Part shown: positions 1-11,555 of the stretch, one piece after another
How positions within the stretch are numbered: position 1 is the stretch's first letter
Layout: each line of letters opens with the position of its first letter
Source of the DNA: Marsupella aquatica
Taxonomy: Eukaryota > Plantae > Marchantiophyta
Reading direction: 5' to 3'
Length of the DNA: 64,000 nt
Assembly: GCA_973895155.1 (NCBI GenBank)
Contig: OZ316898.1
Span: forward strand, 17,722,752-17,786,751
The notes under the pieces: generated by a model
The model's input: the letters and a program-made list of their open reading frames with translations, nothing else
Database searches by the model: none
Told to the model about the DNA's origin: nothing
Position numbers and translations under genes: made by a program

Positions 1-3000
1 GCCTGTACCTATCATATTTGTTGTATGAAAGAGTTTTTTAGTTCTTACTCAGTATCAACCGGTTCCGTGTTGATGGAGAATGATCATCCTTGTCAAATTA
101 TTGGAATTGGATCCGTGAAAATTCGGATGTTTGATGGAGCTGTGCGAACAGTGAGTAATGTCAGACACATACCTGACATGAAAAAGAACTTGATTTCTCT
201 TGGAATGCTGGAAGCAAATGGATGTTGGTGGAGTTCTGCTGATGATATTCTTCAAGTGTCAACCGGAGGCAAGGTTGTCATGAAGGGTAAGCGGCACAGG
301 AATCTATACCTGTTGGAGGGCAACGTAATTTGTGAAGAAGCCAATGTAACTAGATCTCAATGCGAGATGACTCAGTTGTGGCACTACAGATTAGGACACA
401 TGAGTGAAAAGGGTTTGGCGGTACTTCGCAGGAAAGGACTTCTTTCTAATTTGGAATCTACTAAGCTAGATTTTTGTGAATACTGTGTGCTTGGGAAGCA
501 GCACAGGAGAACCTTTGGTGTTGGAACTCACAATACCAAAGCTATACTTGAGTATTACATAGTGATGTGTGGGGTCCAGCCCCAACTCCCTCACTTTCTG
601 GAAAATTGTACTATGTCACGTTCATTGATGATTACTCACGGTATGTGTGGATCACATTTCTACACGCCAAGTCTGAAGTTTTTGGCACTTTTAAGAAGTG
701 GAAAGCCCAAATTGAGAATCAGACTGGATCCAAGGTGAGATATCTGCGATCAGATAATGGCGGGGAGTATAGTTCAAGTGAATTTGAACTCTATTGTGCA
801 GAGCAAGGGATTACTCATCATTTCACGATAGTTTATACTCCTCAACAGAATGGTGTTTGTGAGCGTTTGAACCGAATACTATTGGAGCGATCGAGGAGTA
901 TGTTGAGCCAATCAGGTTTACCGCATGAATTTTGGGCTGAAGCTATAAATATGGTAACTTATTTGGTAAATCTTTCTCCTTCAAGTGCAATCAATTTCAA
1001 GACTCCGTTTGAAATGAGGTATGGACGGCACGCAGACTATCAGGTTTTGAGAGTCTTTGGAAGTGATGCATATGCTCTCACACCTAAGCAGAATCGATCT
1101 AAACTAGATTCTACTTCCAAGAAGTGTCTTTTTCTTGGTTATCAACCAGGTGTGAAAGGTTACAGGCTCTGGGATCCAGAAGCTTGTACGTTGCGTGTCA
1201 GTAGAGATGTATCCTTTAATGAATCCAGATCATCAAAGGAGGGGGAGAATGCTCAGGCTTCCCGTATTGACAAAGGTAAATCTCCTATCCTGGACCATGT
1301 TGTGGGGGAGATTGGTCATGAGAGTTTTCATGACATAAATGAAGGAGGTGCTCCGAGAATGGAGCTGGTTCCGGTAATGGAACAAGAGGAGCAGGCTGTT
1401 GATGGAATGCCTCAAATTCAACCAACAGAACAAGATCAACCAGAATCATCAACTAGAAAATCGAGACGTACTACTCGAGCTCCTACAAGGTATGGATAAT
1501 GGACAGATTCATCAAGGTTAGATGATGTTGACATTGCACCTGATGATGATGACAGAGCACTGATCTTGGAAGAAGGAGAACCTTCTTCTTATCATGAGGC
1601 GTGCATTTCAGACGAGAAAGATGAATGGAATGCAGCGATGCAGAGGGAGTTGCAATCTTTAAGTGACAACAGAACATGGGAGCTGGTGCAACTGCCAAGT
1701 GATCAACAAGTGGTGGATAGCAAGTAGATTTACAAGCTGAAGGACAACTCTTCAGATGGAGGAGACAAGATATACAAGGCAAGGCTTGTTGCCAAGGGAT
1801 TCACTCAAGAGAAGGGAGTGGATTACAATGAGGTCTTCTCTCCAGTTGCCAAGTATTCCACGATACGAATTTTGTGTCAACTTGTTGTGTTTTTTGATCT
1901 GGTGTTAGATCAAATGGATGTTGTTACTGCTTTTCTCTATGGCACCTTGGAAGAACAAATTTTCATGAGGCAACCACTGGGCTTTGTGAAGAAGGGCCAA
2001 GAGAGTTTAGTTTGCAGGTTGCTTAAGTCCTTGTATGGATTGAAGCAAGCTCCTTGACAGTGGAACAAGCGGTTTGATGATTTCATGCTTGCACAAGGAT
2101 TCACTAGGATGGTGTATGACCCTTGTGTGTATACGAAATCAGTCAAGAATGGTGTGTTTGGTTTGCTCATTCTGGTGCTCTATGTGGATGACATGTTGAT
2201 TGCGGCTAAGGATCAAACTGAGGTTGACAAACTTAAAGCAAAATTGAGTTTTGAATTCCGAATGAAGGATCTTGGGAAAGCCAAGAGGATCTTAGGTATG
2301 GAGATTACGAGGAACTTTGAAACTGGACAATTGTGGCTGAATCAAGGCAAGTATGCTGAAAAGGTACTTGCAAGATTCAACATGGAAAATTGTAAGCCAG
2401 TAAGTATTCCTTTGGCTCCACATTTCAAGTTATCATCGGCTTTCTGCCCCACGGATCCAGTGGAGAGAGGCTTGATGACTAAGGTTCCATATGAGAAGGC
2501 AGTGGGCAGTCTAATGTATTTGATGACATGTACCAGGCCTGATCTAGCCCTAGCAATGGGCAAAGTGAGTAGATTCATGTCAAATCCAGGGAAGGTACAT
2601 TGGGAGGCTGTGAAATGGATTCTCAGGTATCTTAAGGGCACAATAGACTATGGTCTGTTGTTTGATAGTAGATCAAACAAAACCAAATCTTTGGTTGGCT
2701 ATGTAGATTCTGACTACGGAGGCTGTCTAGAAACAAGGAGGTCAACGATTGGGTATGTGTTTACTCTTGGAAGAGGATGCATAAGTTGGAGATCTACCTT
2801 GCAGAAGTGTGTATCTCAGTCTACTACAGAAGCAAAATATGTTGCAGCAGCAGAAGCAGCAAAGGAAGCAATTTGGTTGGATAAGCTGGTCACTGAGATG
2901 GGATTGGAGCATGGAAAAATGACTCTTCATTGTGACAGCCAAAGTGCGCTTCACCTAGCTATTAACCAGGTTATGGATAGCAGGGTGAAACACATTGACA

Positions 3001-3155
3001 TCAGGTACCATTTTATTAGGCAAACAGTGTCTGATAAAATGTTTGAGCTAGTCAAGATTGATGGAAAGCTCAACCCGGCTGATGCTTTTACCAAAGTGAT
3101 TCCTTTGGAGAGTTACTCAAGACACCGTGCTACTTTGCAAGTTTTGCATTTGTAG
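1..3155 (+). pseudogene. Disrupted copia pol polyprotein
   Basis: ORFs 25-738, 567-1499, 1818-2057 and 2085-3155 are consecutive pol pieces. There is a frameshift near 560 and in-frame stops at ~1497, ~1724 and ~2055. Confidence 0.93.
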
Positions 3156-3368
3156 CACAAGTAGAGTAATTTAACAATATGTAATTTCTGTATATGGGTT
3201 ACTCAATCCTGTTATGGCTACGGCTTAATTCTAGTTAACCCTTAGTTAACCTTAAATGGTTTTTAGGGGGACACCTATGGTTTTAGGTGATTGTCTAGAA
3301 TTTCCCGCTGAGTATCTCATATGGATAGCAGAAATTGCAGTCCCCAAGACTAGAGTCAAGGGGGAGTT

Positions 3369-3700
3369 TGTTAAGGATTGCTCTTAGTCTTGTGACTCAT
3401 AGGTTACGGCACTTAGGCTAGCCACAGTTAGGATCTTAGCTGAGGTTAGGTTAGTCGTGTGTGACCTTGTATATACCAGGGCTAGTGTAAGCCGTTGGTG
3501 TGTGGTGCTTACTCATTGTAATAGAGCAACTTGAGGAAGAGAGAGAGCATGTGTGTTCGTCTACTCTTGAAGTAAAGCTTGAGTGTTCGTGTGGACGTAG
3601 CCTTGGAGAAGAGGTGAACCACGTAGAGATTGTGTCAACTACGTGTGCATGGAATGAGTCATGGTTGTATGGTCGTTGCGAATGACGTCTTAGTTCAACA
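3369..3700 (+). repeat. 3' LTR of copia element 1
   Basis: Starts TGTTAAGG right after the PPT and ends TTCAACA. Both ends match the LTR of the copia at 57175-64000. Confidence 0.9.
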
Positions 3701-4064
3701 AAAACCACCTCCCAAGAAGTCGTTTAAAAATGTTTTTATAAACCTCTCTGACTGACCCTTATTCCTGACCATTTTTATAAAGCACTCTTGAATAATAGTT
3801 TTTTTTTAATTAGTTGAGTTTTTTTTTTCAACTTTGAAATTTCTGAGTCAGAAATTAAATAGAATTTCATTCTCAACCAATTGTTGGACAATAACATCAC
3901 ATGATATCCCTATTTAGACCCTTGGATTTTGGTTGGCCCCTCAAACTTACTTTGCATTTAGACAATAACAACATGAGTTGGTCGTTGATTGCCACGTTTA
4001 TAGCTCACCAGGTTACCGTTCATGATTCATTAGTCAGTCCTATATACCTTGCCAAAAGTGGTAT

Positions 4065-4585
4065 CTTCACATCTTTTTCTCTCCTTCAAATTTTTTTCTC
4101 GCCACATCTTTTGTCCACCCCAACTTCTTTTCCTCTCCTTGACATCATTTTCTCTCCTAGACATCTTTTTTCGTCTCGACATCTTTTCACTCCTCAACAT
4201 CTTTTCCTTACCTCCACATCTTATCTTTGAATCTCTCATCTTGCCATCTTTTTCTCACCTTGACATCTTTATCTCATCACAACATCTTTTTCTCACCCGT
4301 GACATGTTTTCTCTGCGACACCTTTTCCTCACCTTGGCATCATTTCTCACCTTTTTATGTTTTTTTTTCACCTTGCCATTTTTTCTCTCATCGACATCTC
4401 TCCTCAACATTTTTTCTAACCTCGACATCTTATCTTTTATATTCTCAATTATCTTGCCTTCTATTTATCACCTTTGACATCTTTTCCTCATCTCGACATC
4501 TGTTTTTCTCTTTGATATCTTTTTTCACTTCAACATCTTTTCCTCACTTCAACATCTTTTGTGCAAATCACAGATGTGGGGCTAG
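4065..4585 (+). mobile_element. Helitron-like 3' end with ~19-bp ACATCTTTT-CTC minisatellite
   Basis: A degenerate (G)ACATCTTTT(T)CTC array ends in the short hairpin TGTGCAAATCACA followed by CTAG|T (4582-4586). The same family occurs inverted at 34.3-35.2 kb. Confidence 0.55.
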
Positions 4586-4588
4586 TTT

Positions 4589-4698
4589 CACTAACACTAA
4601 TTTGAGAGCGCAAATTTTCAGGGTCTACACTCAAATAAGTGTTAGTCACATTAATTTTGTAGTAACACTATTTTAGTACACATAAATTAGTGTTAGTG
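4589..4698. mobile_element. 110-bp CACTA-terminated miniature inverted-repeat element
   Basis: Perfect 15-bp TIRs: CACTAACACTAATTT (4589-4603) and AAATTAGTGTTAGTG (4684-4698). The 3-bp flanks do not match (TTT/TGG). Confidence 0.5.
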
Positions 4699-4740
4699 TG
4701 GTCTCAAGAGTGGAAACATAGAGCAAAAAAACTTTTTTGA

Positions 4741-4898
4741 AAATCCACAGGAATTAGAGTTCCTTTGGACTCAAGATCATCCATTTTTACTGGCAGTTTA
4801 AACAAAAGTGGAAAAAAACAAATCCACAGGAATTAGAGTTCCTTTGGACTCAAGATCATCCATTTTTACTAGCAGTTTAAACAAAAGTGGAAAAGAAC
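4741..4898. repeat. 79-bp tandem duplication
   Basis: AAATCCACAGGAATTAGAG...AAAAGTGGAAAA occurs at 4741 and 4820 in near-identical form. Confidence 0.9.
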
Positions 4899-5196
4899 AA
4901 TTCTGAAAAACTGACCAAAATTTGTGCTACTAAAATCACATTTACCTAATTTTGTACGCTAATTCTTGCATAAACTAATATGGTGGACAGTGTAGTTCTC
5001 TCTAGCACCAGATTAAAGGGAAACAGTGCAAGTGAACATAAGACAGGCTGTGGCCGCTGAAGCATCACAGGGACATGCCCAGTTGAAGCAGCGCTAGGTG
5101 GAGGGAGACCTGTCTTTCCCTCCCCAGCTGCCTCCTCTCCCCTCCTCTCTCCCCCGCACCCCCACCCTTCTTTCTGTCCTCCCTCCCACACCCTAG
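4885..5196 (+). repeat. 312-bp direct repeat, copy 1 (left flank of Harbinger)
   Basis: Identical by eye to 11775-12086 (offset 6890). Confidence 0.95.
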
Positions 5197-6129
5197 GCCT
5201 GTGTTCCATTCGCCCTCGAGCATACGATACCCCCTTTCGGACGCCCCCTGCTCGGCGATCCCACCCTTTCATCCTACAGGGTTCCATGGGTACTTCTCAC
5301 CCCCAACAAGTCGGTTTTTGGAGGTGAGGTACACCGGCTCAATACGACGGTGACTTGGAGTCACCGTCAACTTCTCACTTTTTGTGACATTGCTCGTCTT
5401 CGCTTTTCTCGACATTGCTCGTTTCACTTTCCTCGACATTGCTCTTCGTTCCCCTCACACAGACCTTGGGTTTTGGTAGTTCGCGAGCATTTTTTGGGCA
5501 TTGTTGTTGATCGGTTCCGCTCGCGATGTACTCCACCTTGTGCTGCTTTCTTCCACGAATCCTGTAGCTTTTCTATTGCTGAGCCGTAGTGCAAGTGCTC
5601 ATCATCATCGCTGGTGTGTGAAGATCAGGATCGGGATTTCACACTTTGGAGACGACTACTTGATTTTTGTACTCTGGCAGTAAGTAACGAGTGTCATGTC
5701 ATTATTTTGACCTATCTAGCGATTGTTTCTCTTCTTAAATTGGCATTTGGCTGGGTTTCTTGGGGATATCACTGAAGGTCAGGGCAAACTCTCTGCGAAT
5801 TTTCGGTGTCTTGTTTACTTCTCTTGGGGAAGGAAAAGCACGAACCGGTTCGGTCACTAGAATTCATTTATCTTTTAAAGTTTGTCTCCCTTGCTCTACT
5901 GTGATCTGTGGTACAAATAATTGCAAAAGTTAGAAGACTCCTTTAATTGAACGTAGTGGCTATTTGAGAAGTAATTTCCCACTTCTAATTTTCTCCAGTA
6001 ATTTCCTACTTGATGACAGAGTAATTTGCTGAGCATGTTTGAATATGTTTTTAGCTCAGCAGCCAACAATTCAGTCAGTCGAAGGTGGTCTCTAATCTTA
6101 TTCCCATTGTGTTTTTCCTTGTGTTAGAA

Positions 6130-7626
6130 ATGGACAACAATGTTGCTCCAGCTGAGATGGATGTGGACGACAATTCAAGCACATCAGATTCTTCTGCAGG
6201 TCAACGTGAGGGGGGTGCAGGTTCAAGTTCCAATCTGTACTGTATTGCTGCCTTTGCCAGTACCACAATGGCCTTGACTGTTGCAATGGTCTCTGTGTTA
6301 ATTCAACTTTTACTAAACCAACAGCATCAACCGAGATCAGATGACATGTCTGAGCAGGTATTGATACATACTAGGAAAAGAAGGAGAGACGACGGGGACA
6401 ATTTATTTGTGCATTGGCGCTTTCTCAACATCCTTAAAAGCTACCTGATCTTTCACAGAGAAATCTTTAATCATTGGTACATAAAACCAAGAACTGTTGC
6501 ATGGTTTAATTTATACAGTGACTTTATCACAACTGATGACCCAAAACGATTCAAACAGTTTTTTAGAATGAGTCCTGCAACTTTTTATACCATTTGTGAA
6601 ATGGTACATGGTGACATGGTGACCAGGCCTCCTCGTGGATTGAGAGACCTACCCAATCGTGAACTACTGGTTCAAAGGCAAGTTGCCATTGCATTGAGGA
6701 GGTTAAGCACAGGAGATCAGATTCTTGGTATTGGAGAACTTTTTGGAGTGTCTACTAGCACTGTCATCAAGTGCACATGGAAATTTATTAAAGCAATAAA
6801 TTCTAGATGTAGACATGAAATTAGGTGGCCAGCAGCTCTTGAGATGGAGCAAGTGAAGGCAGGATTTTTACAGAAAGGATTTCCCAATTGCTGTGGAGCA
6901 CTCGATGGAACTCATTTTCCCTTGGAGCTGCCTGTTGGAGAACGTAGTGAAGACTATTATGATTGGAAGCATAATATATCTATTACCACACAAGCTATAG
7001 TTGATTGCAACTTAAGATTCCTTGATGTTTGCACTGGATGGCCCGGTTCAGTGCAAGATAGTAGACTTCTAAGAAACTCTGGATTTTACAGATCTGTTGT
7101 GTATCAGCAGCAAAATTTGAGAGGACCATTGTACAGGTGTGCAAATGGGGAAGACCTGAAAGAAAATGTCTTGGCTGATGCTGGTTATCCACTCTTTGAT
7201 TGGTTGATCACGCCATATCCAAGGGGATTGGATGTACGCCGAGATGAGTGGAATCACAGGCACTCATCAGCTCGCATTGTGGTGGAAAGAGCATTTGGAC
7301 AGTTGAAAGGTACCTGGAGAATCCTTTCTAGAGTTATGTGGAAGCCCAGGGTGAACAGAGTTGGTCCTATGGTTTTCTGTTGTTGTATTTTGCACAACTT
7401 GATGATCCGGTTTGGAGAGCACTTCAATGCTCGAGATGTTGTACCTCCACACCCCCGTGGCTACGGAGCTGTTCTAGTTCCAGCGCGAGAGGTTTTTGAA
7501 GGTGGGGAGGAGGCTCGAGATCTACTGTTGACAGAAGCGGTTCCAATGATGCCAGAAGTGGTGCCAGAAGTGATTCCAGTGATGCCAGAAGTCCCAAGGC
7601 ACGTGCAAAGGAGGCTTAGGCTGTAG
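6130..7626 (+). CDS. Harbinger (HARBI1/ALP1-like, DDE_Tnp_4) transposase
   Basis: FRMSPATF, QVAIALRRLSTG..LFGVSTST helix-turn-helix and the catalytic motifs GALDGTH, VLADAGY and RIVVERAFG are present, plus CCILHN. The ORF is uninterrupted, and the first ATG at 6130 follows a TAG acceptor-like site. Confidence 0.95.
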   Translation: MDNNVAPAEMDVDDNSSTSDSSAGQREGGAGSSSNLYCIAAFASTTMALTVAMVSVLIQLLLNQQHQPRSDDMSEQVLIHTRKRRRDDGDNLFVHWRFLNILKSYLIFHREIFNHWYIKPRTVAWFNLYSDFITTDDPKRFKQFFRMSPATFYTICEMVHGDMVTRPPRGLRDLPNRELLVQRQVAIALRRLSTGDQILGIGELFGVSTSTVIKCTWKFIKAINSRCRHEIRWPAALEMEQVKAGFLQKGFPNCCGALDGTHFPLELPVGERSEDYYDWKHNISITTQAIVDCNLRFLDVCTGWPGSVQDSRLLRNSGFYRSVVYQQQNLRGPLYRCANGEDLKENVLADAGYPLFDWLITPYPRGLDVRRDEWNHRHSSARIVVERAFGQLKGTWRILSRVMWKPRVNRVGPMVFCCCILHNLMIRFGEHFNARDVVPPHPRGYGAVLVPAREVFEGGEEARDLLLTEAVPMMPEVVPEVIPVMPEVPRHVQRRLRL

Positions 7627-8969
7627 AATCATATAAAGTCTAGAGTGACTAGAATGATATAAGTCTGTGCTTTCAGTGCAATCTTAATTAGAATGGCATA
7701 CTTCTATCTGTAGAGATGGAGCTGAATAGCTTATGTCAACGCCTTGCCATTGTAGATATTCAAAGTTTTGAAGTTTATCTTATTCAAACGACTGTAAGAA
7801 ATCTAGCAATGGGAATTTTTGTTTACATAAGGACTTCTGTGCCCTCAGAGATGTTGGATTTCAATGGTGCTCACTACTGGAATTGGTAGCAGCAGCTTTT
7901 TGTTATCTTATTATTTGTGCATGTGTCGGTAACTGTTGTCCTGGCCTTGCTATTGATGCTCTGTTCAAAGCTTCTGCGTAGCTGGAGACTATAGAAGTTG
8001 AACTGTACAGTGCAAAAGTCGGATTTGGTGGGATATTCTTAGTAAGTGCATGATATATATTTGGAAACAAATGATATGCATTAATTGGTGCTTTGAGTTG
8101 AGACTTGATCTCGTTATGGCACACAGTCACGAACGCAGTGTCCGTTTAAGCTCTGCCATGGCTTGCCTCTTGGAATGCGGAAGTCAAGTATGACAATCTT
8201 ACGTGGTAAATGGTTTCTTGCACCGTTTCAAATTAAGGACCAGAGCGATTGTAGATTCACAAAAGATTATATGTTGTTGTACTTGTCCTCTCTCGTTCTG
8301 TTGGATTGCATTTTGTTACCGTAAGCAGGTATGCTAGGGGAGGGTTACACTAAATATGACCATTGTGGTATAATGGTCCCGACCCCAAGTGTTCTTGAGA
8401 TTGATCTGAGATCTCTAGCTTTGGTGGAGGTGGCTTGATGTCTTACACCAGCAAGAAATGATTATGATGTTGGTCGTCCATACGGTGTTGTGCAATTTTT
8501 GAAATTTTTGCGAGTACCCCCTCGGTAATGCACATGTTCGAGTACTTCTCAATAACTATCGGAGCCTTGGAATGCTGACATCCAATGGGAGAAGGGTCAG
8601 TGGAGTTGTTTCTCTACTCCTGAAGGACAATATCGGGGACAATCTACGTGTGTCAGGCCAAGGCCTAATACAACTCAGTCACAAAAATCTTGATGAATTA
8701 AAGAGATTAACGTCTTATTATTGTTGTTAATTATAGTCAGACTAACTGCAGATGTAGAGTAAGATTTGATCAAAAGATTATGTTAAGTACGTCTAGCAAT
8801 CTATATATGTATATACACACATGCTTTCAACAACTCAAAAATATTTGCACATCTTTGAATTATTTTTGACAAATCCAAGAATCAGCATTGACTGGTTATA
8901 GATAGCAATGGCGATTCCGAATCATGTACAGGTAGAGTTTGTCCATCGAAGGCTGCCCCTTGTATCTAT

Positions 8970-9115
8970 GACTAAACTTTGGTGGGAGCAATTCTAGCAA
9001 TTTGGTATGAAGCCCTTTCATTGTCTGATGAGATGCTGCGACTCAACTTTGGTGGGAGCAATTCTAGCAATTTGGTATGCCGAGAATCGAGCCCGTTCAT
9101 CGCCTGATGAGCTCC
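8970..9115. repeat. ~70-bp tandem duplication inside Harbinger spacer
   Basis: AACTTTGGTGGGAGCAATTCTAGCAATTTGGTATG occurs at ~8975 and ~9045. Confidence 0.85.
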
Positions 9116-9287
9116 TTTCCATTAGTATCTGATACTTCTCATGCTGTTTAGAAGGAAGCATGTGAACTCATGTAGAGGCCTGGCCGAGCTTTGAGCAAGG
9201 TACATTGCAATTTTTATTGGATTGGATTTGTGTATAGTGCGAAATACATGAGAGTTCATGAGCTCCATCAAGCGCAGCTCCTAAACC

Positions 9288-10460
9288 CTAGTCCTGCTGC
9301 CTCCCGTGTGACATCCTTTTGCTCATCTCAGTAGCAAAAAACTTGAAGGAAGAGGAAACATCACGTAAAGCTCCAGAAATTTTGCCTGACATTTTCTCTT
9401 GCATGTTCACTGTCTCTGTGTGCTTCTTCAAATCATTTTGAGCCATGACTACGTGCTTCTCTTTTTCCCAATCCAACAGTGCCTTATCACTCAATTCTCT
9501 CCTTTCTGCTTGTGAAGCCATTGCTTTGACCATTTCTGTATTGGCATTTTTGAAATGATCATCGAGCCTGTCTTTCCTGGATTTTTTCAGCAAGCGTCCC
9601 TGTGCAGCAGGGTGGTCTGGGATAGCATTGGAGTCTGAATTCTCTTCTCCAGTGGGTGGCTGATCTCGCTCACTATCTTGCTCACCATTTACTTGTGGTC
9701 TATGCATTGCTTCGCCTGCCTCTGAATGTTGACCAACAACGCTCTCTGCTTGGGTACCCTCTGCATTTGCTACTGGTTGTGTATGAGCTGCACTTGCAGC
9801 TGGACGAGTCCCTCCTGAATTTGACACGAGCTCTTCATCCAAAGAACTATCCATGACTTGCTCAGGGTCGGGTTGAACTGCTCGTCTACCAGGCACCCAA
9901 CATTGCATTAATCTGTAGACCTCACTGTCGTATTGTGGCGGGAGGTTGAAACGTTTTCTATCTTCAGAGCCCATCTCAAAATAGCCAAGCTCGCCTGAAG
10001 GAGGCCTTCTTTGGTAATAAAAAATCTTCTTGAAATCAGTCATCAACTTCTCCCATTTCTTTCGGATTAAAGCCTGCTTCCTGTTGAACCCATACTTCAG
10101 CAGACCTGCAATAACGATCTTCCACCGGGCATCTGCTGATTTGATCCTGTCACGTGGAGTGTCCAGGAAGCTGCGCTCATACTCATCCTTCTTTAATGAA
10201 AGCAACAATCTCAACTCTGCCATTTTCCATCTCTGAGCTTGTGTGCTGGTTACTTGACTTGGAACCCCCACTGAAAAGGCCTGTGACTCAGTGCCAGGTA
10301 GGGACTCATTGGAAGGAGTTGCTTGAGTGCTAGTTGGTGGTGTGCTGAATACCCCAGGCATTGGTGGTGAAAATCCGCAGCTAATGGCTTCAGAAGTTAC
10401 AAAGTTTGATGAAGATGCAGCCATTGTCCTTGTAACAAATGGATCCCCTGATCCTATCAT
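9288..10460 (-). CDS. Harbinger ORF1 Myb/SANT-like (trihelix, ASR3/GT-type) DNA-binding protein
   Basis: RWKMAELRLLL..RWKIV..GFNRKQALIRKKWEKLMTDFKKI..YFEM..RKRFNLP trihelix signature with a C-terminal coiled coil. The true start may be the downstream MAASS. Confidence 0.9.
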   Translation of the reverse strand: MIGSGDPFVTRTMAASSSNFVTSEAISCGFSPPMPGVFSTPPTSTQATPSNESLPGTESQAFSVGVPSQVTSTQAQRWKMAELRLLLSLKKDEYERSFLDTPRDRIKSADARWKIVIAGLLKYGFNRKQALIRKKWEKLMTDFKKIFYYQRRPPSGELGYFEMGSEDRKRFNLPPQYDSEVYRLMQCWVPGRRAVQPDPEQVMDSSLDEELVSNSGGTRPAASAAHTQPVANAEGTQAESVVGQHSEAGEAMHRPQVNGEQDSERDQPPTGEENSDSNAIPDHPAAQGRLLKKSRKDRLDDHFKNANTEMVKAMASQAERRELSDKALLDWEKEKHVVMAQNDLKKHTETVNMQEKMSGKISGALRDVSSSFKFFATEMSKRMSHGRQQD

Positions 10461-11222
10461 TTTTTTGCAGGAGAGACGTTAGCACGTAGAAGTATAAACA
10501 TTTTAGCAAAAATGTCAAGATTTCCTTCCGGCAGCTTTAGAAAATGTTGCAACCATATATCCATATGTAGTACCGAACACTGAAAACAAGACCGAGCATA
10601 GAGGTTTAATTTCTTTTTGGCAGCTCGAGAAAACAATTGACCTGGATGATTAAGGGCAGGATGCCACTAGTACTGCAATAAAGTAAGATTTTTGCTTGCT
10701 CGCTCGGCTGACTCCCCGCGAGAGCTTGCGAACTAGGAATGTACAAGGCACCTACAACAAGGGAAGAATTAAAGGGAGGTATGTTAATAGCGAGAATCAC
10801 CTGGTCCTGAAGAATCGCAAGTAAGTAATTGATCAGCTAAGCAGTTCGACATTATCATGATCTGGAAGAGTGTTTCGAGTTTGTTTTCTTGAAAGCTATG
10901 TGATACACTAGAAAAGATGAAAGGTAGACATCAGGGACACATCCGACAGTGGACCAACTGAGTAAAATGGCGACGGCGCAATTCTTCGTCAACCTGGGCA
11001 CGAGTTTCTCCAACTCGCCGTCGGCCAATATGTTGTTCAGTCTGGACCAGGATTTATTTTGGGCAGCTTGATGAACTACTTGGCGAAACAAACACAAGCT
11101 CCCAAAGATCGAGTGAGAAAATGTAAGATTGAGGTTCTGCAACAAACACAGCAAACCACGAGAGGCAACAAACGCAAATGAATGCTAACGTTAGTAGGAG
11201 CAGAATTATTTGCAGGAGAAAC

Positions 11223-11555
11223 TCAGTAGCAACGATAATTTTCAAGAATCTCTGGAAACATAACACTCTTGTGCATTGGATACAGCTTGATTTGCTCCAG
11301 CGGGAGTTGCTCAGCAAAAACGCCCGAGGAAATCTGGAACTCAAATGCGCCTTGCAAATCACAAGTGATTTGGAAAATGATTTCACTTCCAGCTTGTAAC
11401 CGATACTCAATCCAGAAGGCGCACAATCCCTGCAAGTGACATCCATGATGAGGAGAATCTGTGCAATTGGCTGTGACATTTACTGGGCGCGAGATGAAAA
11501 CATCGGCATTGAAAGGGACCTCTGCTGTCAAAGCACCGTCGAAGTGCCACTTCAT
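11223..11555 (-). CDS. Possible third Harbinger ORF, weakly B3-domain-like
   Basis: ATG-initiated 110-aa ORF. GLCAFWIEYRLQAGSEIIFQITCDLQGAFEFQI resembles the B3 pattern GWxxFxxxxxLxxGDxxxF...FxVxI. Pattern recognition only. Confidence 0.3.
   Translation of the reverse strand: MKWHFDGALTAEVPFNADVFISRPVNVTANCTDSPHHGCHLQGLCAFWIEYRLQAGSEIIFQITCDLQGAFEFQISSGVFAEQLPLEQIKLYPMHKSVMFPEILENYRCY

Larger units (their letters stand above)
1..3700 (+). mobile_element. Ty1/copia LTR retrotransposon (Tnt1/Tork-like), 5' part outside window
   Basis: Domain order is protease remnant, integrase (LWHYRLGH..CEYC; FIDDYSR, RSDNGGEY, QQNGVCER), RT ([16 protein letters not shown]), RNase H (GYVDSD, KHIDIRYHF). A PPT (AGAGTCAAGGGGGAG, ~3352-3366) is followed by a TG..CA LTR. 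Confidence 0.96.

Noticed and set aside
3901-4676. Phe/Ser/Leu-rich ORFs (and Lys/Arg-rich ORFs at 34275-34977)
   Set aside because: They are translations of minisatellites.
9020-9275. Hammerhead ribozyme (CTGATGAG x2) or miR159/319-like hairpin
   Set aside because: There is no correctly placed stem II + GAAA, and no mature miRNA sequence match.
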